Origin: Spirochaetia bacterium
GTDB lineage: Bacteria; Spirochaetota; Spirochaetia; UBA9216
DNA: 64,000 nt
Assembly: GCA_965140585.1 (NCBI GenBank)
Contig: OZ223269.1
Location: 480,001-544,000, forward strand
Reading direction: 5' to 3'
Position 1 is the stretch's first letter; the number at the start of each line of letters is the position of its first letter. The notes beneath the pieces were generated by a model. That model made no database searches. It saw only the letters and a list, made by a program, of their open reading frames with translations, and was not told the DNA's origin. Positions 1 through 9,278 of the stretch are shown here, piece by piece. A program made the translations under genes and the position numbers.

Positions 1-4
1 AGGC

Positions 5-562
5 TTATTTTTTATATCCGAAGTGTATTTTAGCCTTGAAAAATCGCTTAAGCTCACTGATTCTTCGCAGATGCTTGTGCATCTCAAAAGTGACTATTGA
101 TAACGCCTCCCATGCAAAAACCCAGCCGCCGATCATCAGACCTTCAACCAGTACATTTCCCCAGATACTCTCAATTTCATTTCCGCTTTCGATCATGTAA
201 TACGCAAAAATACATACAATAGCGATCGCTGTGAGAGTTATGACCTGAAAAAGACTTCTGTTCATCTTTTTTCGTTCAATTCTCTGCATAAAGGTGTAAT
301 AATTGAGGTAACTCGTCTTAATCTGATTTTCCCTTGTTTCATTGACTTCCGGATCTTCTACGAAGAAGTGAATTTCAAGTTTTTTGCGCAGGGGAATTTC
401 CTCAGAGCAGTAATTAAGATATTCTTCAAGTTCAGGATGAATGTCTCTAATCTTGAAAGAGGTATTATCCCATTCATTGAAAAAGTCGTTGTAGTTATCA
501 AGTGCAATATCGATTATCACACTTCCTCGATTCTTATTGATACGGTAAAATTTTTCGTACAT
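5..562 (-). CDS. Hypothetical membrane protein (2 C-terminal TM helices)
   Basis: 185-aa ORF. Hydrophobic segments VITLTAIAIVCIFAYYMI and VLVEGLMIGGWVFAWEALSIV. Extended -10 TGtTAGTAT lies 6 nt before the ATG. Confidence 0.75.
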   Translation of the reverse strand: MYEKFYRINKNRGSVIIDIALDNYNDFFNEWDNTSFKIRDIHPELEEYLNYCSEEIPLRKKLEIHFFVEDPEVNETRENQIKTSYLNYYTFMQRIERKKMNRSLFQVITLTAIAIVCIFAYYMIESGNEIESIWGNVLVEGLMIGGWVFAWEALSIVTFEMHKHLRRISELKRFFKAKIHFGYKK

Positions 563-673
563 ACAGTTATACTAACAGAATTGTGGTTGTTCAGCCATCT
601 GCTTTATCTTTCAGGTCTATGAAAAAGCTCTGTCACAACACTGACTGAACCGGTTCGGTATAGTGCCGGTGGC

Positions 674-702
674 TTGACCGATATACGTGTTTTCCATAGA
701 AT
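674..702 (+). promoter_or_regulatory. sigma70-type promoter for ileS
   Basis: TTGACC-17 nt-TAGAAT. Confidence 0.65.
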
Positions 703-741
703 GATTTAACTTTTATATTGCACATTTCAGTGGAGGAAATT

Positions 742-3700
742 TTGTATAATTCTGTCGATCCGAAAGTCAGCTTTCCCGGTATGGAGGAGCGAATACTTGA
801 ATTCTGGAAGAATAATGACATCTTCAAAAGATCAATAGATCAGCGCGATGGCAATGAGGAGTTTGTCTTCTATGACGGTCCGCCATTTGCTACCGGTCTT
901 CCTCATTTCGGACATTTTGTACCAGGAACTATTAAAGATATTATCCCCCGCTATCAGACAATGAAAGGCAAGAAGGTCGGACGCCGCTTTGGTTGGGACT
1001 GTCACGGACTTCCTGTAGAATATGAGATGGAAAAGGAACTTGGAATCTCGGGTAAAAAAGAGATCGAGGACTACGGTGTTGCTGAATTCAATGAATCCTG
1101 CCGTTCCATCGTGCTCAGATACACGAAAGAATGGGAAACCATAATCACGAGACTCGGACGATGGGTTGATTTTGAGAATGACTACAAGACCATGGAACCT
1201 GATTACATGGAATCAATCTGGTGGGTTGTAAGCGAGCTCTGGAAAAAAGGCCTGATGTATGAAGGTCATTACATCCTGCCGTACTGTCCCAGATGTTCAA
1301 CTGTTCTTTCAAACCACGAACTCAATCTTGGCGGATACAAGGATGTTCATGATCCTGCTATCACTGTTAAGTTTAAAACCAAGGAAGACCCTTCAACCTT
1401 CTTTCTTGCATGGACGACAACTCCATGGACCCTTCCGTCCAACCTTGCACTTGCGGTGGGTGAGGAAATTACCTACGTGAAAGTTAAGGACGGTGATGAA
1501 TGCTATATCCTTGCTGAAGAAAGACTGGCTTCCTACTACAAAAGCGCTGAAGAATATGAACTTCTGGGAACTATGCCCGGTTCCGCACTTGTAGGTAAGG
1601 AATATGAACCGCTTCTGCCGTATTTTGCTGACGCAGCTGAGAAGGGAGCTTTCAGAGTTTTCCCTGCTGACTATGTAACAACTGAAGACGGTACCGGTAT
1701 TGTTCATACGGCTCCCGGTTTCGGTGAAGATGACTATAACACACTAAAGACAACAGAAATTCCTACTGTCTGCCCGATTGATGCAGAGTGTAAATTTACA
1801 GCAGAAGTATCAGATTATGAAGGCCGATTCGTAAAGGAATGCGACAAGGATATAATTGCAAGGCTTAAGGAAGAGGGAAAACTCGTAAAACGTGAGAACT
1901 ACCTCCACTCATACCCGCACTGCTGGCGCTGTGAAAGTCCGCTTATATACCGGGCAATTTCATCATGGTTTGTCGACATCGGCAAGGTGAAGGCCAAGAT
2001 GCTCAAATCAAACGATACTGTTTACTGGGTTCCCGGACACCTCAAGAAGGGCCGTTTCGGCAAGTGGCTCGAAGGCGCAAGAGACTGGGCCATATCACGA
2101 AACCGATACTGGGGTAATCCGATTCCTGTATGGAAGTGTCCTGACTGTAATGAAATGATCTGTATCGGTTCACGTGAAGAGCTTGAGGAAAAATCAGGTA
2201 TTAAGGTTACCGATCTTCACAAGCATTACGTCGATCACATTGAGATAGACTGCAAGTGCGGATCAAAGATGAAAAGAATCCCCGATGTTCTCGACTGCTG
2301 GTTTGAGTCCGGCTCTATGCCCTATGCTCAGAATCACTATCCCTTCGAGAATAAGGAGCATTTTGAAAAGAACTTTCCGGCTCACTTTATATCCGAGGGC
2401 CTGGATCAGACCAGGGGCTGGTTTTACACATTAACAATTCTGGCTGCCGCGCTTTTTGATAAACCTGCGTTTCAGAGTGTAGTAGTAAACGGTCTTGTTC
2501 TGGCTGAAGACGGCAAAAAGATGTCAAAGTCGGCCAGAAACTATTCCGATCCTGTTGAAGTCATAAACAAATTCGGTGCAGACGCACTTAGACTTTTTCT
2601 TATGAACTCGGCCGTAGTAAGAGCGGAAGACCTGAAATATTCCGATGACGGTGTTCTTGAGATTCTTAAAAGCATAATTATACCGCTGTGGAATGCTTAC
2701 AGCTTTTTTGTAACATATGCAAACATCGATGAAGCCAAACCGGTTTCAGCTCCGGAGAATCCGGAGAACCCGCTTGACAGGTGGATTCTTTCGGAAGCCG
2801 AAAGACTTATTGCCGACGTTACCGAACAGCTTGATGCTCTGGAGCTTCAGAAAGCTATCAGCCCGATTCTCAATTTTATCGATCTCCTGAATAACTGGTA
2901 TATCAGAAGATCAAGAAGAAGGTTCTGGCGTTCAGAGAACGATTCCGATAAGAATCAGGCATATGAAACACTATATTCAGTTCTTATGAAGCTGATTACT
3001 GTTGCATGTCCCTTTATTCCTTTTGTAACTGAAGAGATTTACCAGAATCTCAAACCTGAAGGATATGCAGATTCAATTCACCTTGCAGACTGGCCGGTTG
3101 CCGATCAGTCCAAACGTGATGAAGAACTCGAAATTAAGATGGCAGTAACAAGACAGGCAGTGTCTATGGGCCGCGCACTTCGTTCTATGCATTCTCTTAA
3201 GACAAGGCAGCCGCTGAAGGCTCTTAACCTTGTTACCAGGGACCAGAAGGAGAAGCTGGTTCTTAGGGAAATGGCTGATATTATTGCCGAAGAGCTTAAT
3301 GTTAAGGATGTTATCTTCCGCGAGAATGAGGAAGAACTGGTTGAATATAGTGCAAAGGCTAACTTCAAGGTTCTGGGTAAAACACTCGGAAAGAATATGA
3401 AGGCAGCTGCCGCCGCAATTGAAGAACTTACCCCCGGTGAAATTCAGTCACTGCTTGACGGTGCTACGCTCTCTCTCGACCTGGACTTCGGAACTCTTGA
3501 ACTTACCGAGGAGTCTGTAGTTATTCAGCGAAATGAGAAAGAAAACATGAAGGTGCTCAATGAAGGTTCGCTGACTATTGCTCTTGATTCAGAAATCACT
3601 GAAGAGCTGCGGCAGGAAGGTGTAATCAGAGATATTGTCAGAAGTATCCAGAATATGAGGAAGGAAGCCGATTTTGATGTAACCGACCGCATTGTTCTTT

Positions 3701-3861
3701 CAATCAGTGGTTCTGATTCAATAAAAGCAGCTGTTGAAGCCTTTCAGGATTATCTTTCAGCTGAAACACTTGCAGAAAGCTGGGTCTGGGAGGCAGTTCC
3801 GAATGCACAAAAGGTGGAATGCGGTGATGATGAATGCAGCATCGCTCTTAAAAAAGCGTAA
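742..3861 (+). CDS. ileS: Isoleucine--tRNA ligase (type 2)
   Basis: DGPPFATGLPHFGH (HIGH-like), GWDCHGLP, WTTTPWTLPSN, KMSKS motifs. Likely start is TTG at 742 after GGAGGA (ORF track starts at 718). Confidence 0.97.
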   Translation: MYNSVDPKVSFPGMEERILEFWKNNDIFKRSIDQRDGNEEFVFYDGPPFATGLPHFGHFVPGTIKDIIPRYQTMKGKKVGRRFGWDCHGLPVEYEMEKELGISGKKEIEDYGVAEFNESCRSIVLRYTKEWETIITRLGRWVDFENDYKTMEPDYMESIWWVVSELWKKGLMYEGHYILPYCPRCSTVLSNHELNLGGYKDVHDPAITVKFKTKEDPSTFFLAWTTTPWTLPSNLALAVGEEITYVKVKDGDECYILAEERLASYYKSAEEYELLGTMPGSALVGKEYEPLLPYFADAAEKGAFRVFPADYVTTEDGTGIVHTAPGFGEDDYNTLKTTEIPTVCPIDAECKFTAEVSDYEGRFVKECDKDIIARLKEEGKLVKRENYLHSYPHCWRCESPLIYRAISSWFVDIGKVKAKMLKSNDTVYWVPGHLKKGRFGKWLEGARDWAISRNRYWGNPIPVWKCPDCNEMICIGSREELEEKSGIKVTDLHKHYVDHIEIDCKCGSKMKRIPDVLDCWFESGSMPYAQNHYPFENKEHFEKNFPAHFISEGLDQTRGWFYTLTILAAALFDKPAFQSVVVNGLVLAEDGKKMSKSARNYSDPVEVINKFGADALRLFLMNSAVVRAEDLKYSDDGVLEILKSIIIPLWNAYSFFVTYANIDEAKPVSAPENPENPLDRWILSEAERLIADVTEQLDALELQKAISPILNFIDLLNNWYIRRSRRRFWRSENDSDKNQAYETLYSVLMKLITVACPFIPFVTEEIYQNLKPEGYADSIHLADWPVADQSKRDEELEIKMAVTRQAVSMGRALRSMHSLKTRQPLKALNLVTRDQKEKLVLREMADIIAEELNVKDVIFRENEEELVEYSAKANFKVLGKTLGKNMKAAAAAIEELTPGEIQSLLDGATLSLDLDFGTLELTEESVVIQRNEKENMKVLNEGSLTIALDSEITEELRQEGVIRDIVRSIQNMRKEADFDVTDRIVLSISGSDSIKAAVEAFQDYLSAETLAESWVWEAVPNAQKVECGDDECSIALKKA

Positions 3862-4807
3862 AAGATTTTTTAAAACCGGAGCGGCAGCAGCCGTTCTGGT
3901 TTTATTGTTTATATTGAGCGGATGTGCCGGTATCCCTGAAAGAGCCGAATCTGTCAGCAACGTTCAGCTTCTTCCTTCAGAGCCAAAGGTAATCATCTAT
4001 GCCTCAATTGAAGAGAACCGGGAGCTGATTGAACCTGCAATGGATATTTTAGGTTCGGAACTGCCTGAAGCTCTGAGGGCGGAATTCCTTGACAGAACAG
4101 ACAGCATATGGGCCGGTATAATACCTGTGTCACCAGCAAAAGCTGAGAATACTGAGATTATTGAGGAGCCCGGGTTCAGTCTTGTCGCTTCAGGTGATTA
4201 TCCGTCATCTACCATCAGTTTCAGTCTCGGAATCAGTCCTGACTGGAAAAAGAGCAAACATAAATCAGATAATGGAGGCTCCGCTTTCAGTTATTGGCAG
4301 AGTCAGCAGACCCGGCAGCAGATTTCAATGCCCGATAAAAGTCTGATTCTTGCGTCCAGCGGTAATATAAATGAAATGGCCGATGCCTGGAGTAAAGGCG
4401 GATCTGTCCCCGGCTACGGCTGGCTTGAAGCAGAAACCTCCTCCGATGTAGTAATACAAACCGGAGGCATGCTTCCCGAAGAATACGCGGTATTCATTCC
4501 GGAGTTTAAAAAGCTGCCGATTGAAACCGTACAGCTTAGACTTAAAAGAAGCGGAGACGAATACCTTATTTCAGGCAGTTTTTATATGAACAGTGAAGTT
4601 AATGCTTTTCTGTTCTCTGTCATGATGAGAGCTTCGGTTATCGCTTCCAAAAATCCTGATGGAAGCCGGATGTTTGAAAATCCGCGTGAAATAGAAATAG
4701 TGAAAGACGGAGCCACAGTCAAACTTAAAGGAATGAAGCTGCCCGTTTCCGTACTTGTAGATACCGGAAAGAACTGGATTGGGGTAATGCAGCGGCCCCA
4801 GGAGTAG
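3830..4807 (+). CDS. Putative lipoprotein
   Basis: Basic N-region KKRKRFFK, hydrophobic stretch and lipobox LSGC. The start (ATG 3827 or 3830) overlaps the ileS end. Confidence 0.75.
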   Translation: MNAASLLKKRKRFFKTGAAAAVLVLLFILSGCAGIPERAESVSNVQLLPSEPKVIIYASIEENRELIEPAMDILGSELPEALRAEFLDRTDSIWAGIIPVSPAKAENTEIIEEPGFSLVASGDYPSSTISFSLGISPDWKKSKHKSDNGGSAFSYWQSQQTRQQISMPDKSLILASSGNINEMADAWSKGGSVPGYGWLEAETSSDVVIQTGGMLPEEYAVFIPEFKKLPIETVQLRLKRSGDEYLISGSFYMNSEVNAFLFSVMMRASVIASKNPDGSRMFENPREIEIVKDGATVKLKGMKLPVSVLVDTGKNWIGVMQRPQE

Positions 4808-4810
4808 AAT

Positions 4811-5413
4811 ATGATTTGTGTAGTAGATTATGAAGCAGGAAACCTGAGAAGTGTAGAGCTTGCTCTTAAGCACCTCTCTGCAGATTTTTTTATCAGCAAC
4901 AAACCTGAAGAACTTCTAAAGGCTGACAAGATGATATTTCCCGGAGTAGGTGAAGCTTATTCATCAATGGCGGTTCTGAAGAAAACAGGGCTTGATGATG
5001 CTGTGAAGGAATTTGTCAGTCAGGGCAAACCTGCTTTCGGCATATGTCTGGGATGTCAGATTTTCTTTGATTTTTCAGAAGAAAGAGATACCGAATGTCT
5101 TGGTATTATTCCAGGCCGAGTACGCGAGTTCTCAAAGGATATGGGGCTTAAAGTGCCTCACATGGGCTGGAATCAGGTAAGGCATGAGGGAATCCACCCT
5201 ATGTTTAATGGTGTGCCCGAGAACTCTTCTTTCTATTTCGTACATTCATTTTATCCGGATGCTGAAAAAGAAGAGAATATTGCAGGATATACCGAATACG
5301 GTATCCAATTCAGCAGTGCCGCATTTAAGGATAATGTTTTTATTACCCAGTTCCACCCTGAAAAATCAGGCGAAGTCGGTTTAAAGCTCCTGTCGAATTT
5401 TATAGCTGTATAA
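4811..5413 (+). CDS. hisH: Imidazole glycerol phosphate synthase, glutaminase subunit
   Basis: GNLRSV, FPGVG, GICLG (catalytic Cys), PHMGWN, YFVHS, QFHPEKS. Confidence 0.96.
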   Translation: MICVVDYEAGNLRSVELALKHLSADFFISNKPEELLKADKMIFPGVGEAYSSMAVLKKTGLDDAVKEFVSQGKPAFGICLGCQIFFDFSEERDTECLGIIPGRVREFSKDMGLKVPHMGWNQVRHEGIHPMFNGVPENSSFYFVHSFYPDAEKEENIAGYTEYGIQFSSAAFKDNVFITQFHPEKSGEVGLKLLSNFIAV

Positions 5414-5422
5414 GAGGGTAGT

Positions 5423-6190
5423 ATGCTTCAGAAAAGAATTATTATATGTCTCGATGTAAGAGACGGAAAAACGACCAAAGGAATCAAGTTCAAGGGCAAT
5501 GTCGATATTGGTGATCCTGTAGAGATGGCTGCCGAGTATTACCGACAGGGAGTCGATGAACTTGTTTTTTATGATATAACTGCATCGGCAGAGAAGCGGG
5601 GGATTATGATTGATGTAGTTTCCCGTGTTGCCGAACAGATATTTATTCCATTCTGTGTAGGCGGAGGTATAGGATCAGCTGCAGATATGCGTGCGGTTCT
5701 ACTTGCCGGAGCTGAGAAGATAAGCGTCAATTCTCAGGCTGTGAAAAATCCTGATATTATCTCTGAGGGTGCAGCTCTTTTCGGGCGCCAGTGTATAGTC
5801 CTGGGGATGGATGCTGCTGCCGATAGTGAGATGCCTTCAGGTTACAGGGTTGTTATAAACGGAGGCCGTACAGCAACCGAGCTTGATGCCCTCGAATGGG
5901 CGCTTAAGGCGGAAAAGCTGGGTGCTGGTGAGATAGTTCTGAATTCTATTGATGCCGACGGTACTCAGGATGGCTACGAAATCAATCTGACAAGAATGAT
6001 TTCCGAGGCTGTAGGTGTGCCGGTAGTTGCTTCAGGCGGAGCCGGGACTTCGGACCACCTTGCGGAGGTTTTGACAGACGGAAAAGCCGATGCTGCTCTT
6101 ATCGCCTCTATGGTACATTTCGGCGGTTATACAGTTCCGGGTATTAAAGACTATCTTGACGGTAAGGATATACCAGTACGCAGAGTTTGA
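5423..6190 (+). CDS. hisF: Imidazole glycerol phosphate synthase, cyclase subunit
   Basis: [42 protein letters not shown]. Confidence 0.96.
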   Translation: MLQKRIIICLDVRDGKTTKGIKFKGNVDIGDPVEMAAEYYRQGVDELVFYDITASAEKRGIMIDVVSRVAEQIFIPFCVGGGIGSAADMRAVLLAGAEKISVNSQAVKNPDIISEGAALFGRQCIVLGMDAAADSEMPSGYRVVINGGRTATELDALEWALKAEKLGAGEIVLNSIDADGTQDGYEINLTRMISEAVGVPVVASGGAGTSDHLAEVLTDGKADAALIASMVHFGGYTVPGIKDYLDGKDIPVRRV

Positions 6191-6232
6191 TAAAAACACT
6201 GTAAACAGAGGTTTCCTGTGTTATATAAATTA

Positions 6233-6261
6233 TTGACCCTGCGGATCAAAATTATTATATT
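6233..6261 (+). promoter_or_regulatory. sigma70-type promoter for the FmdB-like gene
   Basis: TTGACC-17 nt-TATATT. Confidence 0.55.
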
Positions 6262-6263
6262 TA

Positions 6264-6306
6264 GGACATCTCTAATATACTAAAACTAAGGTGATTAGAG
6301 ATGTCC
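6264..6306. repeat. Perfect 13-bp inverted repeat (operator or 5'-UTR hairpin)
   Basis: GGACATCTCTAAT-17 nt-ATTAGAGATGTCC. Confidence 0.8.
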
Positions 6307-6328
6307 CAATTCATGAAATGGAGATATT

Positions 6329-6673
6329 ATGCCTACTTACGAATATGAATGCAGAGAATGCGGCAACAGGTTCGAGGTCTTTCAGAACATGTCTGATGAA
6401 CCGCTTGATAAATGCGAAGAATGCGGCGGGGCTGTAAAAAGACTAATTTTCGGCGGTACCGGAGTTATTTTTAAAGGCAGCGGATTTTATGTAACTGACA
6501 CAAAGGGTAAATCTTCAACCTCATCAACGGTTTCAAAAAGCGACAGTTCCACGTCTGAAGCATCTTCAGATTCAAAGACTGAAAAGAAAACTGAAACATC
6601 CGCTAAAAAGACTGAAACCAGTAAGCCGGCCTCAAGAGACAGCAAAAATAAAAAGCAGCCCGCTTCGGTTTAA
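6329..6673 (+). CDS. FmdB-family zinc-ribbon protein
   Basis: MPTYEYECRECG...CEECG...FKGSGFYVTD followed by an S/K-rich tail. SD GGAG. Confidence 0.92.
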   Translation: MPTYEYECRECGNRFEVFQNMSDEPLDKCEECGGAVKRLIFGGTGVIFKGSGFYVTDTKGKSSTSSTVSKSDSSTSEASSDSKTEKKTETSAKKTETSKPASRDSKNKKQPASV

Positions 6674-6695
6674 CCGCGGGCTATTTCTTTTATTT
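6645..6695. terminator. Bidirectional intrinsic terminator at the convergent FmdB/hisS stops
   Basis: AGCCCGC..GGT-TTA-ACC..GCGGGCT hairpin, with an A-rich run on the left and a T-rich run on the right. Confidence 0.6.
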
Positions 6696-7980
6696 TATCG
6701 ATAGCTTCTTCAAGACTTATCTTGTCAAAATTCTCACGCTTAATTGAATCTTTCACGTTTACCTTGTTTTGAGCGTATTCATCCTCTCCGCATATCAGGA
6801 GAGCTGGAATATTCTTGTTGTCAGCAAAGCTGAACTGGTTCTTAAGCTTTTTAGTATCAAGGTAGACTTCTGCTTTCAGTCCTGCCCGTCTCAGTTTAGC
6901 GGCCATTGAAAAATAATGACTTTTGAGTTTTTCATCCATGTTCAGTATAAGCACATCGGTATTGCTTCTACGGCTGGAAATTTTGCCTAACTCTTCAAGT
7001 GCTGCTAGCAGCCGGTCAAGTCCTATGGATGAGCCTACACCAGGCATCTCTTCCTTTGAATAGATTGAAGCGAGATTATTGTATCTGCCTCCCGAACATA
7101 CTGACCCTATTCCGGGCAGTTCGTCAAGAAATGTCTCAAAGACTATTCCTGTGTAATAATCAAGTCCCCGTGTGATTGATGGGTTTAAGACAAAAAGGTC
7201 CGCCATTCCGGTATCAGCCATCATTCCGCGAAGCTGCCTGAGTCTTGCTGAATCAGGGCTTTCTCCACCGGCAAGATCTTCAATTTTATCAAGTATTTCC
7301 TCAAAACTTCCTGAAGCGTTAATGTATTCAAGAATAAGCTGTCCTTTTTCACGACCGGTAATGTCATCAAGAAGAGTCAAAACCTGCTCCTCTCCGATTT
7401 TGGCAAGCTTATCAACTGTCCTGAGGACTTCTGCTGAAGCCTCTGATAATTCAAGCTTTTCAAGGAAGCGGTTGAATATACCTCTGTGTGAAACATGAAT
7501 ATGAATACCGTCTACGCCGAGAGCCTTCAGTGAGTCATGCATTATGGAAAGTATCTCGAAATCAGCCTCAGCGCTGTCTATGCCTACGATATCGAAATCA
7601 CATTGTGTAAACTCCCTGTACCGGCCCCTCTGGGTGTTTTCTCCTCGCCAGACCTTTGATATATGATAGCGTTTAAAAGGAAGGTATAATTCGTTCCGGT
7701 GCGCAGCCATAAAGCGTGCAAAGGGGACTGTCAGATCAAAACGCATGGCAACATCACGTTTTCCGTGATCGTTGAAACGGTAAATCTGCTTGTCGGTTTC
7801 ACCGCTGCCCTTGCCGAGAAGTACTTCGGTGTATTCAAGAACAGGGGTATCAATTGGTACGAGCCCGAATGATTTGAAGGTGTTTTCGAGTGTGTTTCTA
7901 ATATCGGAACGCAGAATTTCAGATTCGGGAAGAAAATCACGAAAACCTTTGAGTATTCTGGGGTCGACTAATTTGGCCAT
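6670..7980 (-). CDS. hisS: Histidine--tRNA ligase
   Basis: KGFRDF, RFDLTVP, WRGENTQRGRYREFTQCDFD, RGLDYYTG, SGGRY, GLDR. Confidence 0.97.
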   Translation of the reverse strand: MAKLVDPRILKGFRDFLPESEILRSDIRNTLENTFKSFGLVPIDTPVLEYTEVLLGKGSGETDKQIYRFNDHGKRDVAMRFDLTVPFARFMAAHRNELYLPFKRYHISKVWRGENTQRGRYREFTQCDFDIVGIDSAEADFEILSIMHDSLKALGVDGIHIHVSHRGIFNRFLEKLELSEASAEVLRTVDKLAKIGEEQVLTLLDDITGREKGQLILEYINASGSFEEILDKIEDLAGGESPDSARLRQLRGMMADTGMADLFVLNPSITRGLDYYTGIVFETFLDELPGIGSVCSGGRYNNLASIYSKEEMPGVGSSIGLDRLLAALEELGKISSRRSNTDVLILNMDEKLKSHYFSMAAKLRRAGLKAEVYLDTKKLKNQFSFADNKNIPALLICGEDEYAQNKVNVKDSIKRENFDKISLEEAIDKIKEIARG

Positions 7981-8025
7981 TATCTGCTCCTGATGTGTGG
8001 GTTTCTGTCAAAAAGGCGTTATGAG

Positions 8026-8054
8026 ATTCTAATAAAAAAGGTTATGAGTATCAA
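8026..8054 (-). promoter_or_regulatory. sigma70-type promoter for hisS
   Basis: Minus strand TTGATA-17 nt-TAGAAT. Confidence 0.6.
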
Positions 8055-8125
8055 TAGAAAATAATGTACTTGAAATTCTTTAGCATTACATTTATAAATT
8101 TAACAAAACTTACACGGATGTAGAA

Positions 8126-9253
8126 TTGCTAATCAGATACGGGACAACAAAAAAGGGCAAGCGGATTAAGCTTGCAAACATCTATACAATTGATGAGCAC
8201 AGAATTTCTACCGGAATGATAGACAGTGATGCTCTGAAAGTTATAAAGAAACTCAGGCAGGCGGGATTCCAGGCCTATGTGGTCGGGGGCGCAGTCCGTG
8301 ATCTGCTAATCGGCAAACATCCTAAAGATTTTGATATTGTTACTGATGCACATCCGAGGCAGATTAGAAAGCTTTTCTGGAATTCCAAGGTTATAGGGCG
8401 AAGATTCCGTCTTGTACATATTCATTATCCGGATAAAATTTTTGAAGTTTCGACATTCCGAGGCTCAAACCCGGGTGATGAACAGAATATTTACGGTACC
8501 ATCGAAGATGATGTAAAGCGCCGTGATTTTACCTTCAATGCCCTTTATTACTCGCCCTACGATGAACAGATAATAGATTATATCGGCGGATACGAAGATG
8601 TCCGGCAGGCCAGAATTAACTCTCTTATTCCTCTGGATATTACATTCAGAGAAGATCCTGTTAGACTGATAAGAACAGTCAAATATGCGGCAACTACCGG
8701 CTTTATGCTTCCTGGAAAAATTAAAAAAGCGCTTAAAAAATATTCAGGAGAGCTTTCACGGGCTGCTTTATCAAGGCTTACAGAAGAACTTATGAAAATC
8801 CTGGCATCAGGCGCTTCCGAACAGATAGTACGTTACCTTATCGACTACAACATGCTGGTTCATATAGTTCCCTATATATCACGAAATATAAACGATTGTA
8901 TTCTTGATGATTTGAAAAAACTTGATGAAATGGTTAACTCAGATAAGGAATGCAACCGTGAGCATATGATCTACATGCTTACAAGGTCATTCCTCACTCC
9001 GCCTACGGAACTGATGATAAAGACGAAAACTGCCCAGCGCGAGGTTTTCAAGCAGATAAAAGAAATTATCAGCCCGCTTACTCCTCCGAACATTGAAGTG
9101 GACAAGGCTGTAGCCTTTTATTTCAAAGAGAAGGGTATAAAGATTAAAAACACCTCAAGCCATAATTCACGGCAGCGTCAGCATAATCGTAAACGCAAGT
9201 ACCCCAGACGAAAAAAAGAGCCGGCTTCAGAGAAACCGGCCCGAAATAATTAG
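8126..9253 (+). CDS. pcnB: Poly(A) polymerase (PcnB-type nucleotidyltransferase)
   Basis: VGGAVRD..DFD, PAP signature IGRRFRLVHI, RRDFTFNAL, EDPVRLIR, basic C-terminal tail. Confidence 0.88.
   Translation: MLIRYGTTKKGKRIKLANIYTIDEHRISTGMIDSDALKVIKKLRQAGFQAYVVGGAVRDLLIGKHPKDFDIVTDAHPRQIRKLFWNSKVIGRRFRLVHIHYPDKIFEVSTFRGSNPGDEQNIYGTIEDDVKRRDFTFNALYYSPYDEQIIDYIGGYEDVRQARINSLIPLDITFREDPVRLIRTVKYAATTGFMLPGKIKKALKKYSGELSRAALSRLTEELMKILASGASEQIVRYLIDYNMLVHIVPYISRNINDCILDDLKKLDEMVNSDKECNREHMIYMLTRSFLTPPTELMIKTKTAQREVFKQIKEIISPLTPPNIEVDKAVAFYFKEKGIKIKNTSSHNSRQRQHNRKRKYPRRKKEPASEKPARNN
9211..9242 (-). terminator. Intrinsic terminator of the minus-strand TPR gene, embedded in the pcnB 3' coding end
   Basis: Minus strand GGGCCGGTTTC-TCT-GAAGCCGGCTC followed by T7. 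Confidence 0.7.
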
Positions 9254-9278
9254 TTTAATCAGTTTAATCAGTTTAATC
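9252..9278. repeat. 3 x 9-bp tandem repeat (AGTTTAATC)
   Basis: Directly visible between the convergent stops of pcnB and the TPR gene. Confidence 0.85.

Noticed and set aside
563-741. T-box riboswitch upstream of ileS
   Set aside because: There is no T-box (GGTGGNACC) motif or terminator, and the predicted promoter leaves only about a 35-nt leader.
8018-8048. GTTATGAG direct repeat in the hisS promoter as an operator
   Set aside because: Only two 8-bp copies in AT-rich DNA and no candidate regulator, so it is too weak to call.
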